Assembly: GCA_002104905.1 (NCBI GenBank)
Contig: MCFE01000232.1
Location: forward strand, 57,357 to 121,356
Direction of reading: 5' to 3'
DNA length: 64,000 nt
Source: Basidiobolus meristosporus CBS 931.73
Lineage: Eukaryota; Fungi; Basidiobolomycota
Each line of letters starts with the position of its first letter. Position 1 is the first letter of the stretch. Below the pieces are notes generated by a model. It was not told the origin of the DNA. It searched no databases and worked only from the letters and a program-made list of their open reading frames with translations. Positions 1-13,650 of the stretch are shown here, one piece after another. Made by a program: the position numbers and the translations under genes.

Positions 1-642
1 AGCCAACTAATCCATGTTGATGGGTGTGACTCAGCTAGGATGCTCCATGCTTCGTCGCGCGTGGCTGTATATGGAAAGCTCTTTAGAGTACCCGGCACCC
101 ACCCTAAGCTTGAGCAAATCATATTCAAATAGGCCATGTATATGAATATTCTTGTGACTCTCAGCTAACTGGAATCAGGTAACGCTACTTGAGCTGATTG
201 ATTTTGATACGTTCCATGGCTTCAGACTTGCACCAAATAACTCAGAGCACCGAAACCTAACCAAAGAGAAAAGATTTTCGTGATTTCAGGCTAGTGGTTG
301 GTGATCTCCCAAAAGGAATTGCGCGGAATGCATGCGAGACTGGGGAATGCATGGGTCTATTAACCACACATACCATCAGCATATTCGTGGGGGTATATGG
401 CTAGCAGGTTGAAGAAAAGGGGTGTTGTTTTCGAAGAGATGCAAGATACACGTGAGAAATCCCCAAGCCTTTTTATTCATAGCAAGACTCGTTTGGGTGA
501 CACGTCCACTTGGTCCGATCCAACGTGTTCGATTCTCTAATTCGCAAGGATCCTAAATCGATCGGCGGGATTACTGCAGATCCCTGAAGGTATTTAATGA
601 GGCTGAAGGTGCCAATTTCCTGGACATTGTTCTAACATTATT

Positions 643-903
643 ATGTCTAAGAATCTTCATCCTCTAGTCGAATCTTTAGGCGATCTGACATTGACTGAGT
701 GTTCGTTGAGAAATACAACCAGCGTCGTAAGCGAGGATTCCGATGACTCTATGAACGGGCGGAAGATCATTGATCTTGTTGAGGGCAACTCATTGCCTTT
801 CCACCTCAATGGACGGCCTCTCACATACAATGAAGCATGTTACCACTGGAATCTTGCAGTCAGGCATAAACAGCTACTACTCATGTCTCAGCTCACTCGC
901 TAA
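643..903 (+). CDS. Possible small orphan protein (86 aa)
   Basis: ATG-initiated ORF with protein-like composition (acidic SEDSDD stretch, helical-looking C-terminus). No recognisable family. Confidence 0.3.
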   Translation: MSKNLHPLVESLGDLTLTECSLRNTTSVVSEDSDDSMNGRKIIDLVEGNSLPFHLNGRPLTYNEACYHWNLAVRHKQLLLMSQLTR

Positions 904-1924
904 CTGTATGCTACTAATGACCTCCACCACTTGAGCTGCTTTGTCTTGAGATACAGCTCTTACTGTACTTACTTCACATCATGTTGATCGTGCTATTCTT
1001 ATGAATGTCTGGAGTTTATATTCTTCACACATAATAAGAGCCTACTTGTTACATAGTTTACTTCATTACTCATACGTTGCGATTAAAATGCGTAGTTTCC
1101 AATCTGATCCCTGGCTTGCAAAATAGGATATGAAGGTTATAGGCTCACTGATTGATCATTGTTGTTGTTAGAGAATGTTGGAAGCAATCAACTCATATGC
1201 GGTTCCACCATTACCAGCAACTTGAAAGCGAAACTCAACATATCATGCATATAGTAAAATCTGCTAGATAGTGTGCAGTGTTGGAACTGTTCCACCGGAT
1301 AAGCTTTCTCAAATTTAACATTTGTGATTGGTTCCAAGGCAATAGCTGCCATTCAGTGTGTGGGTGCACTTTTAACACACTACGCCAATATACACCATAA
1401 CAATAATGCCTCAGTTATTTAGCATCCAAGGTGGGGCATTCTACACACTATAGTCAAGGACTGCCAAACCATTTTAAACAAAGTTCACCACTAATCAAGT
1501 CTATATAGGTTTGACAGCTACTTATACACAATAGGAAATAGAATCAGAGCCAAGCCAGCACAAGTTGATGAAAATACTCTCAGGAACGTGTATTCGGCAT
1601 TAGTTCTCCCGATTTGGTTCTATCGGAATATTCGTCGGAATATTCACTGCACAGCTTCATTGGCAATTTGAAATCGAGAAAATTGATGGTTTTTGGTTAC
1701 AGATCCTTAGTCCAGAATCAATCCAGTAACACCAGCAAATAATCGCTGATCGAGTTCCAGTAACTGAAATAAGGTACATATTTTAAATTATTAGTGTACG
1801 TCTATTTATGTAACAGTAGAATAGCCCTGGTTCGCTATCAGACATCACCAATAAAAGTAGTCAAAATTTGAAGAACTGCGTTTGTTCCTCTCTTCAGTCT
1901 TTGTGGTAGTAGCATAACATTATC

Positions 1925-3002
1925 ATGGATATTATATTGTGGGTAGCAGATGAATACATCTTCGACAAGGCTTATTCTGCTTTTGCATATGCTGGCTTGC
2001 CCGACGTCCCTAGAGATGCTATTCTGCGTCAATTCACCAGTTTAATATTAATCTCCGCTGTTGGTGCCTACTCCTTGTATATGATATTTTCCACCATCTC
2101 GTTCCATCTGTTCTTTGATAAGCGACAAATGAACCATCCCCGCTTCTTAAAAGATCAAATCAATCTGGAAATCAAAATGGCCACCGATGCTATTCCATTG
2201 ATGGCTTTGTTGACTGCCCCCTTCTTTTTACTTGAAGTCCGTGGCTATTCACAGCTCTATGAATCCGTCGACGAATATGGCTGGGGTTACCTGGTCTCGA
2301 GTATCTTTATGTTCCTCTTCATAACCGATTTCGGCATCTACTGGATTCACCGCGGGTTGCATCATAAATCAGTATACGCCAGACTCCACAAGGTAAGCGC
2401 GGCCTTAAGCTCAAAATTTTCTCTTGCGTTCTTGCTAAAATGGATTTTTACACACTAATATCTAGCCTCATCACAAGTGGATTGGTATGAATATCTAGCC
2501 ATAGTTGATGATATGTCGGGCCTTTTCTAATTTTATCTTCTAGTGCCTACGCCCTTTGCCTCGATCGCCTTTCACCCTATTGATGGCTGGGCACAGTCGC
2601 TTCCCTACCATATCTGCGTGTTCCTTTTCCCAATGCATAAGATCCTATACCTTGCGCTTTTTACCTTCGTTCAAATTTGGTCGATTTTGATCCATGACGG
2701 TTAGTACGCGCCTACGAAATGTAGTGGCGTTTGCGGTGCTAACTACGTGCTTTATAGGTGAATACTTTACACATGACCCTGTTATCAATAGCGCAGCACA
2801 CCACACCGTCCATCATCTTTACTTTAATTATAATTACGGTCAATATTTTACTCTCTGGGATCGCATTGGTGGCTCCTACCGTAAACCTTCCGACGAAATT
2901 TACAACACCGAGCTCCGAAGCACTAAGTCAGTCTATACCAAACAGGCCAAGGAAGTAGATGATATGGTCACCACCCTTGAGACCAAGTCGAAAACCAAAT
3001 AG
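1925..3002 (+). CDS. ERG3: Sterol C-5 desaturase, copy A (4 exons)
   Basis: Exons 1925-2392, 2466-2484, 2544-2699, 2758-3002, all joined by GT-AG introns. His boxes HRGLHH, PHHKW, IHD and HHTVHH, plus the [11 protein letters not shown] motif of Erg3/SC5D. Confidence 0.95.
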
Positions 3003-3888
3003 ACTTCGCTGGTCCATGTGTCTCAACCCAATCCGATCAAACTTCACAAGAATTTCTATTCAACTTGTATTTTCCACTCTGTAGTTTACCTAATCTTCCC
3101 TATGAAGTGGGTTTAGATGCAAGCAGATCGATTCCACATTAAATATTGATTGAAACCCGGGATAGTAGCAGCTTCTCGAGCAAGAGTAACATTATGATAG
3201 GAGCATCTGATAATGGCATGATGGATTCAATTGATTGGCAAACGAATGCTCAGCATTACACTGTTGTCTACAGACTGTATGAAATAGTATCAGTCATGAT
3301 TGCGAAGAGAACCAGGAAACACTGAGACTAATTGTGTTATTTGTCCGACATCACCCTGTGTACTACCCAGCCAGCCAGTGGAGCAATATATAGAGCAAGC
3401 CTAGCAATATGCAGTAGTTCTATAGCCGCTACTGTGTTCTGCATTCATCCACTTGTTGCCTATTTTGGAAGCATCAATCCAGAAATTGAAACCATCGAGT
3501 GATCATGATCCCCACGAGCACGAGCGATTCTTCATATTGGCATCCACCATGCACGCAAATTCACAATGGAGTGCATGCTTCATTGAGCCTCTGGATCGAA
3601 ATCCATATGTGGCATCCATATTTATCTTTATCCAATCTATGGATGGATCGAAATTTGCTATTTATTTCTGTGACATTTCATTCGAGCTCTAGACCCAGAG
3701 GATAGCATATAGTAATTTGAGTTTTCCAACATTTCCAAATGGTTCATGTTATGGGATTGTTGATAGATGGTCGATATCGTATCATATGATTTTCACATGT
3801 GGGGTATTTTGGAAGTATTCACAGCTTTAAATCAGTTGCTTGTTCTGCTGTTTATCTTGATAGCCCATTGTGTGGATCTTAGCTTAGG

Positions 3889-6091
3889 ATGGTAGCGTAT
3901 TCCTTCTGCAACGTACATCTATGTACCTTTCTAACCGTTTCATGAACCTCAGACTCAGGAATTTGATGTTATAGTTGTCGGCGCTGGCATCATTGGCCCA
4001 GTGTTGGCCCATGCTTTAGCTAACGACGGTAGAAAAGTTTTGCTTATAGGTAAGTAATATTTGTTTGTTTTGTATTTGAATTAAGTCTCAAAAAACACGG
4101 AATAGAGAAAAACTGGGACGAGCCTGATAGAATTGTTGGCGAACTTCTTCAACCGGGTGGTGTTCAGGCTTTGGAGCGATTGGGCTTAGCTGGTAACCAC
4201 ATCAAGTAACGTTTTTGTCAATCTGATCATAACTAAGTATACTCTCCCCTTTAGATTGTATCGAAGGGATTGATGGGATCCCAGTTTATGGATATGGCGT
4301 ATTCTTTCGCGGTGAGGCTGTTAATATCCCATATCCAAAGAGCAGTGATGGTCAAACTATCTTGGGGAAATCTTTTCATCATGGTCGCTTAGTTATGAAA
4401 CTCCGAGAAGCCGCTAAGGGGTGTTCAAAGTGAGTGGCTATCATCATATCAAAAATGGAATACGAACCTAATATGATTTTTCGATAACAGCGTTGTTCCT
4501 CTTGAAGCAACTGTTAACGAACTAGTCAAAGATGAAGCTGGCCAGGTTGTTGGTGTAATTTGTACTAAAAAATCCGAAAACGAAGAAACCAAGCTGAAGG
4601 TATTTGCTATCATACGCCACAACAACCGCCACATACAAACCCAATCTTTTGATCTAGTTCTCTGCTCCATTGACGTTCGTTGCTGATGGTATCTTCTCCA
4701 AATTCAGGAAAGAGTGTCTTCCTGTTCAACCTAAACTCAGATCGCACTTTGTTGGGTATGTCCATCAGTGGCGATATTTCCATATCGTCCTAGTATTTAA
4801 ACAAATCTGCTTAGTTTCATAATGAAGGGTACTACATTGCCGTATCCTAAGCACGGTCATGTTATTCTGGCGCGAAAATCTCCTATTCTTATGTATCAAG
4901 TAAGTATTAGCCACTAACGCGAAAGGCTCTGAATTCATTCATCTGATATTTCTAATAGATCGGAAGCAATGAAGTACGTGTCCTCGTGGATGTGCAAGGA
5001 AAATTGCCAAGTATCTCTAATGGTGATATGAAAGTAAACATATTTACCGTACTTGCCAGCCTTTGCACCCGACTATACTAATCACATGTTGTAAAATAGA
5101 ACTATATGCTGGAAGAAGTTCTACCCGAAATCCCAAAGCAGATTCAAGTAGGAGCTCTTTCACACATTCAACTGGTCTTCACTTTCTCACAATATAGATA
5201 GCATGGATTCAAGGAGGGGGTTGAAAATGACCGCATTCGCTCCATGACTAATAGCTTTCTTCCACCTACTCGCAACACTCACAAAGGTGTTATCTTAATT
5301 GGTGATGCAATGAACATGAGACATCCCCTAACAGGCGGTTAGTTCACTCCATATCTGATTGCCACTCCACATTACTTACTTCTAGCAGGTGGCATGACGG
5401 TCGCATTCTGGGATGTTGTCCACATTGCTGAATTACTCTCCAAGAAGAACGTTCCCGACTTCAGCGATACTGGGTTGGTGATTAAACAGATGAGCAAACA
5501 TCATTGGAATCGTAAATCTCGCGCCTCAATGATCAATATTCTTGCCATGGCACTTTACGCTCTTTTTTCCGCCCCTGAAAACTGTAAGTTATATCCAATC
5601 CGTGCCAAACTGGACTGCTCATTCACATTCGCCTCCCTGTTCTAGCCGAAAACCTTAGAATTTTGCAACTCTCCTGCTTCAAGTATTTCCAACTTGGTGG
5701 AATTGCGGTTTCTGGACCCGTTGGATTGCTTTCTGGGTGAGCAATTCCCATAATACTTCTACTCTGTCACTGAATCGATATATTCATCATATTTAACCAT
5801 CAATCTAGCTTGATTCCCAATCCTTTGGTTTTAATGTTCCATTTCTACGCTGTTGCTCTCTATGGGATTTTGTTTCACGTTCTCTTAGCGCCTTTGTGGC
5901 CATCAGAAACATCACCGAATGATCTTAAAGATACTACTGGCAAGCCATCTTCCAAAGACAGTATGATCTTTACGCCCGCTACTGTTGGTTTGACGGTGGC
6001 GTATTTGCCGCTGAACATCATCAAGGCATTAAGTGTGCTCTATACCGCCTGCGTAGTATTCCTTCCACTTGTCTGGAGTGAAATATGCTAA
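3889..6091 (+). CDS. ERG1: Squalene epoxidase (many short introns; absent from the ORF track as a whole)
   Basis: Manual splicing gives DVIVVGAGIIG (FAD-binding), EPDRIVGELLQPGG, SFHHGR, LTFVADGIFSKFRK, IGDAMNMRHPLTGGGMTVA and the C-terminal VFLPLVWSE. The start is probably an ATG micro-exon at 3889. Confidence 0.92.
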
Positions 6092-7042
6092 TTCTATGCG
6101 ATATTAATTCTCGAGACGTTTAATTTTTCCTGTAATTCGACCAAGCTGTTGGTAGCACCAATGCATTAATAGAACTTCCTATCAAATATCCAGAGTTGCT
6201 CTTCTATCCTTCACGTCGTCCATTTAATTTCGAGGAACGCTCTTTACCACGCAATCACTGGTTTCATGTTACTATATCAGTGCGCGAGTGTCATTTGCCA
6301 AAAGCTTGCTGGATCACATTTTGGGGATAGAAAGCATGAGGCAGTGTAACCCCGAATTATTGCATTAGGTGCTTTCCATACGACTCGTGCCATTCTGGGA
6401 TATGGGAGAATCACCACTTTTATTGGTTTGCATTGGTATTGTACAGTACCACCAACATACGGGAGTGATTTACCTGATTTAATGACTTAATGTATGTTGC
6501 ATACGGGCATACAAAAGCGTGGCAACAAATACCGGGTGAAACCAATGCCAAGAACAAGCCGTCAGTCCCTTCCAATCTTTGCGAATGCCGGACTGCGGAA
6601 GTCACAATGAGGCCTTGCTACGGAGAAGGAGAGCTGGCCCACTGTTGGAAGGGGATATCGCTCTGGTCTTTCTGGATTGCGTAGGCCACCGTAGGGATGG
6701 GGAGCAATTGATGTTGGAGGATTATTGGGAAGCAAGTCACAGCCAATATGGATAAAGTGGAAATTCCGATTTATCTAAATTAAGTTAACTTTGTTCATCA
6801 ACTGACAGTCAATATTTGGCTCTCAAACGATGAAAGAACTACCTAAAATATTCCCTCTTCTTGCCCCCAATATATTCACTTGCTAGATAAGGTGGTTCAA
6901 TTATAACTTATAGAAAAAATTGATTCCATGACTGTATGCGGACTACCCAAGCTTTTTCTATCTAAGGTTTACGGCTGCTCAGTTCTTTCTTATTTTTTTC
7001 TTCGGTGTGATATACCTCCCACTTCGTATCTTTTATCTCGAT

Positions 7043-7788
7043 ATGCTTCGGTCAACACATACAACACCTGCCAAGGACCAGCCAGATCGTGAAGTGAAGG
7101 AAGTAAAGAACGGTTACTTCGACAATCATTTTGCAATGATGCGTGAATTTCATTTAGCAGACTTTCTCACATTGGCTAATGGAATGTGTGGCTCCAGTTC
7201 CATATTTTCCACAATGTACTACCTTATGACAAGAGACATCTCATATATCTGGCTAGCCATGTACTTGGTGCCCATTGGGACTTTCTTCGACTTCATGGAT
7301 GGTAGGGTGGCCCGCTGGAGGAAAAGGACCTCTTTATTGGGACAAGAGTTGGATTCTTTGGCCGATCTGGTAAGCCTGACGCTTTTTTTTCCATACAGGG
7401 TGTTAATCTTTCATTGCAGATATCGTTCGGCGTCGCGCCAGCTGTCCTCGGCTTTGCTTTAGGATTGAATAGCTTTTTGGATCTCCCAGTACTTGTTTAC
7501 TTCATTTCTTGTGGATTAGCCCGCTTAGCTCGTTACAATGCCACTGTAGCTTCACTGCCAAAAGATTCAGCTGGCAAAGTCACTTATTTTGAAGGCACAC
7601 CTATACCTACCACCCTGCTGATTGTTGCTTACTTTTCCTACCTGGTTTCCCAAGGAGCCATCGAGTCCAGACTCCCATACGGAGTATGTCAATTTGGAGA
7701 GCGAGACGCTTTTCATCCTTTGGTATTGATATATGCCATTAGCGGTTCGCTAATGATAAGCAAATCGCTCAAAATCCCCAAGCCTTGA
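7043..7788 (+). CDS. CHO1: CDP-diacylglycerol--serine O-phosphatidyltransferase (phosphatidylserine synthase)
   Basis: CDP-alcohol phosphotransferase motif DFMDGRVARW...GQELDSLAD, intron 7370-7419, then ISFGVAPA, RLARYN, FEGTPIP and a C-terminal IPKP. Confidence 0.93.
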
Positions 7789-8153
7789 TCCTATTACATA
7801 CATACGCTAAATACAACGAAAAATCACTAAAATTGCTTTTCGATGCATTGTTGTTATCAATTCGTTAGTAATCCTTATAGCACGCACTTCCCTATATTCC
7901 ACCCCAGAACAGAGATCACATTCTCCTCGGATGAACTGTTCATCTGACGTATTTCTTCACCATGCATATAAACCGAATTTCAACCCAGATGCCAATACGC
8001 ATCTCATCATATAATCCACATATACGCGAAGACCAATAGGTTGTCAGATGATGAAAGATATCGAGTTTTCTCAACTAATGCTCATTTAAAACACGGATTG
8101 TGGCTTTTCAATAGATGTTACGGCTTCAGACAACCCTACGAGCTTTTTCTACT

Positions 8154-9298
8154 ATGTCAGCAACTACAGTCACTCAAATCCCGACCCTTTCTCAGATTTA
8201 TAAGTCCAACGCAAGGAAGGGTAAACGTATCAGACTCATAGAGCTTTTGTTGTTTTGGTGAGGTGCTAATTAGACCTATACTTGTACTCACATGTGGATA
8301 CGCACTCTTTATGCAACCAATAGTTGAAGAAACAAAAGAAATACCAAATCCTTCGTTGTTAGAGAAAATCTCCGTGTGGTAGGACCTTCTATGTTTCGTT
8401 TTCTTGCCCAGATTCTCATGGTATAACAGGCGCGGGGATCTGACAAAGTTGCAAATCGATGCTATTGTAAATGCTGCCAACGAATCTCTTTTGGGTGGTG
8501 GGGGTGGTAAGTCCGGTAAAATGCCTCACTTTCTACGATGGAGTAACCAATTCTAGATTACTTTAGTTGATGGGGCGATTCATCGGTAAGCCAATCCTCG
8601 ACTATAATAAGCCCACAAGACCAGAACTATTTACATGCTATGCGTTCAATTCAAGGGGAGCCGGTCCAGAACTGCTAAAAGAATGCCGCGGCCTAAATGG
8701 CTGTAAACCCGGGGTAATTTGGTTTAGCTATACACTTCGTTACTCGAGTGGTTTTAACAGGCCTTCTTGATTCGTAGGATGCTAAAATCACCAAAGGCTA
8801 CAACCTTCCCGCTAAGCGTAATCCTGTTTAGTTGTTTCGCTTCATATAGGTGTATTCACTCGAGTCAATATACAGATGTCGTTCACACAGTGGGTCCGCG
8901 CGGCGAGCATCCTAGCGTTCTAGAAAGCTGTTACTCTCGTGCGCTTGAACTTGCCAAGCAGAATAACCTTCGTACTATTGTAGGCTACTTCAATTGCTGA
9001 CCTTGGTACTCATCCCTGAGTATTAATCACGAATGTTTAGGCGTTTCCGTGTATCTCTACCGGTATATTCGGGTATCCGAACGAGAATGCTGCACGTATA
9101 GCCTTAGGAACTACCCGCAAGTGGCTCGAAAAAGATGATAATAGTGGCAAGGTAACAAAGCAACTTTCACATTCTTATCTACCAGTTGCCTAACAGCATT
9201 TTGTATAATAGATTGACCGCGTGGTGTTTTGCGTTTTCCTTGAAGTGGATTGTGAGATTTATGATCGTCTTGTATACTCCTACTTCCCTCCTAACTGA
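8154..9298 (+). CDS. MacroD-type macrodomain protein (ADP-ribose/O-acetyl-ADP-ribose hydrolase), about 8 exons
   Basis: Spliced translation gives [67 protein letters not shown] and IDRVVFCVF. The start at ATG 8154 (MSATTVTQIPTLSQIY) is inferred. Confidence 0.88.
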
Positions 9299-10498
9299 GA
9301 AATGTAATCACAGCATGTTAAGGCTGGAATAAATCAGATCCCTTTCTATCTATCAATTTTCTTCACCATTTTGGACACACATAGTGGCAGTCAGTGTAAG
9401 TACAAACATATCCCCTCCGGAGATACATTCATCATCCCGTGTCAACTAGCCAGCTATAATAGCTTATGCAGCATCATCTACCTCAAGACCAAAACGCACA
9501 CAGCGACCCATCCAGAAAAGATGCTCGTTGCATGATAGGGTGATCGTGCTATGACTTAGGAGCATACAAGAAAGGGTATACAGGCACTAGGTTTCAAGCC
9601 TCATTCCATGCTAATTCACCAGTAAGCGATCATATGACGAATCATCAGTCACTCTATTCCTGATGAGCGGTGGTGTGATTCCTCTATACCGAACCCAATA
9701 AATCTTCCCGATTTCTGACCAATATTGACCTATCATCGAAGTACTATATTCGGAGGAATTCTCCGCACCCATATAAGGTTAAGAAAGTCAGCAATCATGA
9801 CAAAAGTTGCTCAATATCGGACTATCCTGGCACCTTGGCGGCTAATTTATTCCGTAGGCATTTTCCTCCAATCCGTGGCACATCCTGAAGTCGCAAGCAT
9901 CAATGCCTTTGCTTAACGGGACACGCTACTCTCCGAGTTAGAATAGGTGACTACGCGCTGGATGATTGAATTACTGTGTGATGATTAATTTGAATGTGGG
10001 CGCCCCTCAGTGATGTGTGGCGTTGGCACATTGATCTCCATCACTCGTCGATGAATTCACATGGCTCAATGGGCGTTCCTACGGTTCTAACTTGATAAGT
10101 TATGCATACCCACTACCCTTTATTCATTCATGTGAGCTTTTGAGGCTTGTTCCTGAATCCACAGCATATAGAATGATGCCAACATAGTGGATGAACCAAG
10201 CCATTGAGTGATGATCATTGGCGTCATCATTGTCCAAATTAGGGCGACATGAACTCCTGTGATCATATAATCCGCTTCCCTTTCGCAGTTACCAGCCATT
10301 ATCCCGATCTTGAATGGATTAGATTATTCATCGATTCAAGTGGCAAGTGTCGGTTTGAAACGTCATAGGTTTTAGAAATTCACATTATGATATTGTCATC
10401 ACTCTCCAGCTCAGCTGCTTCCCCATTCAGCGTGGTAATAGATATATATGTAGTACGAAAACGTTATCGAAGCAAATACACCACACTATCATCTTTCC

Positions 10499-12850
10499 AT
10501 GTCCCTCTCTAAACGAAACAGCATTTTCGGTCGCAGAACATCCAACGAACTCAGAGAAGAATTAACATCCAACCCTAGTGAACTTCTTCCCTCGGATGTC
10601 TTCGAACAGCGTCTATATGCCTGGAAGACTACCATCAAACAATTGATCTTGTACTTTCAGACCATTGCTGAATCCGAGCTGCAGAGTGCGCGTAGCTACT
10701 CCAAAGCCCTGACTTTACTGCAGGTTCCTCTAAAGGAAGGCCATCACTTACTTCCTGTGGGCAGCAATGGAGTCCAAGATACTGTTACTGCGGTTAACAG
10801 TACAAGTCAGCAAATGGTAGAGTATCATACCGAGTTTTCTAGATGTATAACTGATCAAACAGTTGGAAGCCTGACCAGGTTGAAAGCTGAGATCAAATCG
10901 CGCCTACTATCAACGAAGAAGGAACTTGTCAATCATGAAACAAACCTTGGAAAAGAACGTCAGAACTCAGCCAAGCTTATATCTGAATATGATCAAGCAT
11001 GTTATACTGCAGATGGGCATTCTAGTCCCAATAGTAGAGCCACACCTACTGATCCTTGGCTTGTGTACAATGGGCTGCAGAAGCAACTAAGCCGGCAAAT
11101 CAGTGAGGAAAACGGATTCCACAAAACCATGCTATCCACTCAAAAGTCTTTGGAGATATTTGAAGCATCGATTGTGGATACTCTAAAAAGCACTTTGCAA
11201 TCATACAACAAATGGAGAACAGCAAATGTTACACGATTGCTTGAGAAAACGGACGCCTCTAATGAAGCTATCGACACGTTGAGCACAGAGCATGAGTGGA
11301 ATGCTTTTTATGAGAAGAACAAGCCACCACTTTTAGACCCTGATGCCGCAGAGACCTCGATTGACGCAATCGATTTCCCCAATAAGAACAATCCACTAAC
11401 CATTCCAAAGAAATATGGAGTCATGGAGAGGCAAAGTGGAGTTTTCAAAACAGCCAAGAGGGATCATTGTTTCCTCACTCCATCCGGCTTCCTCCACGGG
11501 TATACCCAGTCCGACCCGACTTTAGGAGCTCCTGAATTCTCCATCTATCTACCTAGCAGTATCATGCGTGGCTATAGCGAGGCAAATCTTGCCTTTGAAG
11601 TGGCTGAAAAAGGCTCTGGTGGCCTGTTCCATCGAGCGGAACACACATACGTCTTTAGATTCCTTAAGAAGGAAGACCTAGCGGAATGGTGGGGCGCCAT
11701 CAAAGAATACACAAAGGCAACTGAAGAAACCCCGTTCAATGATACCTCACAAGTGATTGCTCCTGCTCCAACCACGGCAGATGGGGTGACGAACAATACT
11801 GAACCGGCTTCTTTGGAGACTCGAGGGATTAATGACAGTGCGGTACCAGCTACTCAATCTACTGAACCGATCCCCCAGAGCAGTGCGCTTGCGCAGCAAC
11901 CAAGTTCGCATTTAGAAAATGAAGCCCTGCAGAATTTTGGTGAGACAAATGCTCAACCTCAGTATACTAGTTATAACAGTGAGCAGCAACCTCAATCCCC
12001 TACCGGGCAGCCTGTGCAACAGCAGCCCCAACAATCGCAATATTCAGATAATCAAGCTGTTCAACAACAGCCACAATATATCGGCAGTCCAACTGCTCAG
12101 CAACAGCCGCATAATACAAATGAACAATCTGTCCAGCAGCCTCAGTATTCAAGCAGCCCAACTGCTCAGCAACAGGTTCAATACACAAATGACCAAACTG
12201 TTCAACAGCAGCCGCAATATACAAATGACCGAAGTGTCCAGCAGCCTCAGTATTCAAGCAGCCCAACTGCTCAGCAACAGCCTCAATACATAAATGACCA
12301 AACTGTTCAGCAGCCTCAGTATTCAGGCAGCCCAACTGCTCAGCAACAGCCTCAATACACAAATGACCAAACTGTTCAGCAGCCTCAGTATTCAAGCAGC
12401 CCAACTGCTCAGCAACAGCCTCAATATACACACGACCAAATTGTCCAACAGCAGCCACAATATACAAATGACCAAAGTGTCCAGCAACCACAATATACAA
12501 GCAGTTCGACCGTTCAACAACCCCCACAATCCACATATAATCAAACTACTCAGCAGTACGCAGGTGATGAGGCTGTTCACTCACAACAGGTCAATTCATC
12601 AAGTAGTTCCAATCCGCCACAAACCGCTCAATTTCCTACTCCACCAGTACAGCAGGCACAGTACGTTACTGATACTGCTCAGCAACCAGTAAACCAACAC
12701 CAGAATCTACCATCTACCACACATACACAACAGCCTATTATCTATGACACTACTCAAGCTATTTCTCCAAACCCCGTACAAGCACCAAGCAATGCAGACA
12801 CCTTGGCTGGGGTTCCAGGGCAGATGCCTGGCCAATTAACGACAGCCTAG
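10499..12850 (+). CDS. Slm1-like BAR/coiled-coil plus PH-domain protein with a Q-rich repeat tail (783 aa, intronless)
   Basis: N-terminal RLYAWK...LILYF helical region and DPWL motif; PH domain (GVMERQSG...FLTPSGFLHGY...PEFSIYL...EWWGAI); low-complexity Q/P/Y/S/T C-terminus. Confidence 0.8.
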   Translation: MSLSKRNSIFGRRTSNELREELTSNPSELLPSDVFEQRLYAWKTTIKQLILYFQTIAESELQSARSYSKALTLLQVPLKEGHHLLPVGSNGVQDTVTAVNSTSQQMVEYHTEFSRCITDQTVGSLTRLKAEIKSRLLSTKKELVNHETNLGKERQNSAKLISEYDQACYTADGHSSPNSRATPTDPWLVYNGLQKQLSRQISEENGFHKTMLSTQKSLEIFEASIVDTLKSTLQSYNKWRTANVTRLLEKTDASNEAIDTLSTEHEWNAFYEKNKPPLLDPDAAETSIDAIDFPNKNNPLTIPKKYGVMERQSGVFKTAKRDHCFLTPSGFLHGYTQSDPTLGAPEFSIYLPSSIMRGYSEANLAFEVAEKGSGGLFHRAEHTYVFRFLKKEDLAEWWGAIKEYTKATEETPFNDTSQVIAPAPTTADGVTNNTEPASLETRGINDSAVPATQSTEPIPQSSALAQQPSSHLENEALQNFGETNAQPQYTSYNSEQQPQSPTGQPVQQQPQQSQYSDNQAVQQQPQYIGSPTAQQQPHNTNEQSVQQPQYSSSPTAQQQVQYTNDQTVQQQPQYTNDRSVQQPQYSSSPTAQQQPQYINDQTVQQPQYSGSPTAQQQPQYTNDQTVQQPQYSSSPTAQQQPQYTHDQIVQQQPQYTNDQSVQQPQYTSSSTVQQPPQSTYNQTTQQYAGDEAVHSQQVNSSSSSNPPQTAQFPTPPVQQAQYVTDTAQQPVNQHQNLPSTTHTQQPIIYDTTQAISPNPVQAPSNADTLAGVPGQMPGQLTTA
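12025..12520 (+). repeat. Coding minisatellite, about 69-bp (23-aa) unit QQPQYSSSPTAQQQPQYTNDQTV
   Basis: Near-identical 69-bp units start at 12241, 12310 and 12379, with more diverged units on both sides. Confidence 0.9.
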
Positions 12851-13650
12851 AACTGCATCAGCAAATGAGCTTAGTGTAAATATGTGTCACTCCACTCTGC
12901 AGGAATGAAAATAAATGGCTATCGCTTACTACCCAAGTTGTCAACAACAAGAATTCATTCTTATTGAACTGAGCTTCAATATGGCAAGTTGTGTGCCGGT
13001 GATCTAATCTTTATCTCTAGCACGATCCATGAGGCTCATGAGAAAGAGCTTGCAATCTAAAAATATCTTAAAGAGTAACAGCACTTCTGGGCAATATGCC
13101 AACATAAAGCTCTGGTCTTATTTGTCATTGTGCCAGTGATAATACACTGGAGAGCTGCAGTATATACCAGCATTAAATCAGGGCATCATAAGTCAAAAGG
13201 TAGGTCGTAGAGCCATAATCTATACCTATGGATGCTAAACTGTATTGGGTTAAGCATGCTACATACATGTGCCTCTATTACAATGCTACCATTTGTTGCT
13301 GGTCCTTTTGGACCTATCAAAATTTCCCCGAGCAAATGGCATGGCTGGCAAGCATCACTAGCAGATTCTTAACCTAGCAAAGATCAACAAAGGAGACATA
13401 TTCGAACATGCTAGGAAAACCTGAGCGTTTTGATCCGCAACCCCTAAGCGAAATCGATTTACCGGTGTTAGATTTCTGGTTATTGTAATCCTCTCCACCA
13501 ATGGAATCCACCTTATCACCATACCAAATGCCGTGGAGAAACAGAGTTTACAGATGGAAAGCTAGCTAGAGGCACGTTGGATGAACGGGGTTATGGATTG
13601 TATTTATAGTCCAATGCTGTAATCGTCATTTGTCTTGAAGAAATTATAGT

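Noticed and set aside
3003-3888. Sterol-regulatory (Upc2/SREBP-like) sites upstream of ERG1
   Set aside because: Only partial matches such as TCGTATC were found, which are not distinguishable from background.
3896-3955. First ERG1 intron region contains GTATTCCTT, close to the U12 donor GTATCCTT
   Set aside because: It is not an exact match, and the 3' end has an ordinary CTAAC branch site and CAG acceptor. It is treated as a U2 intron.
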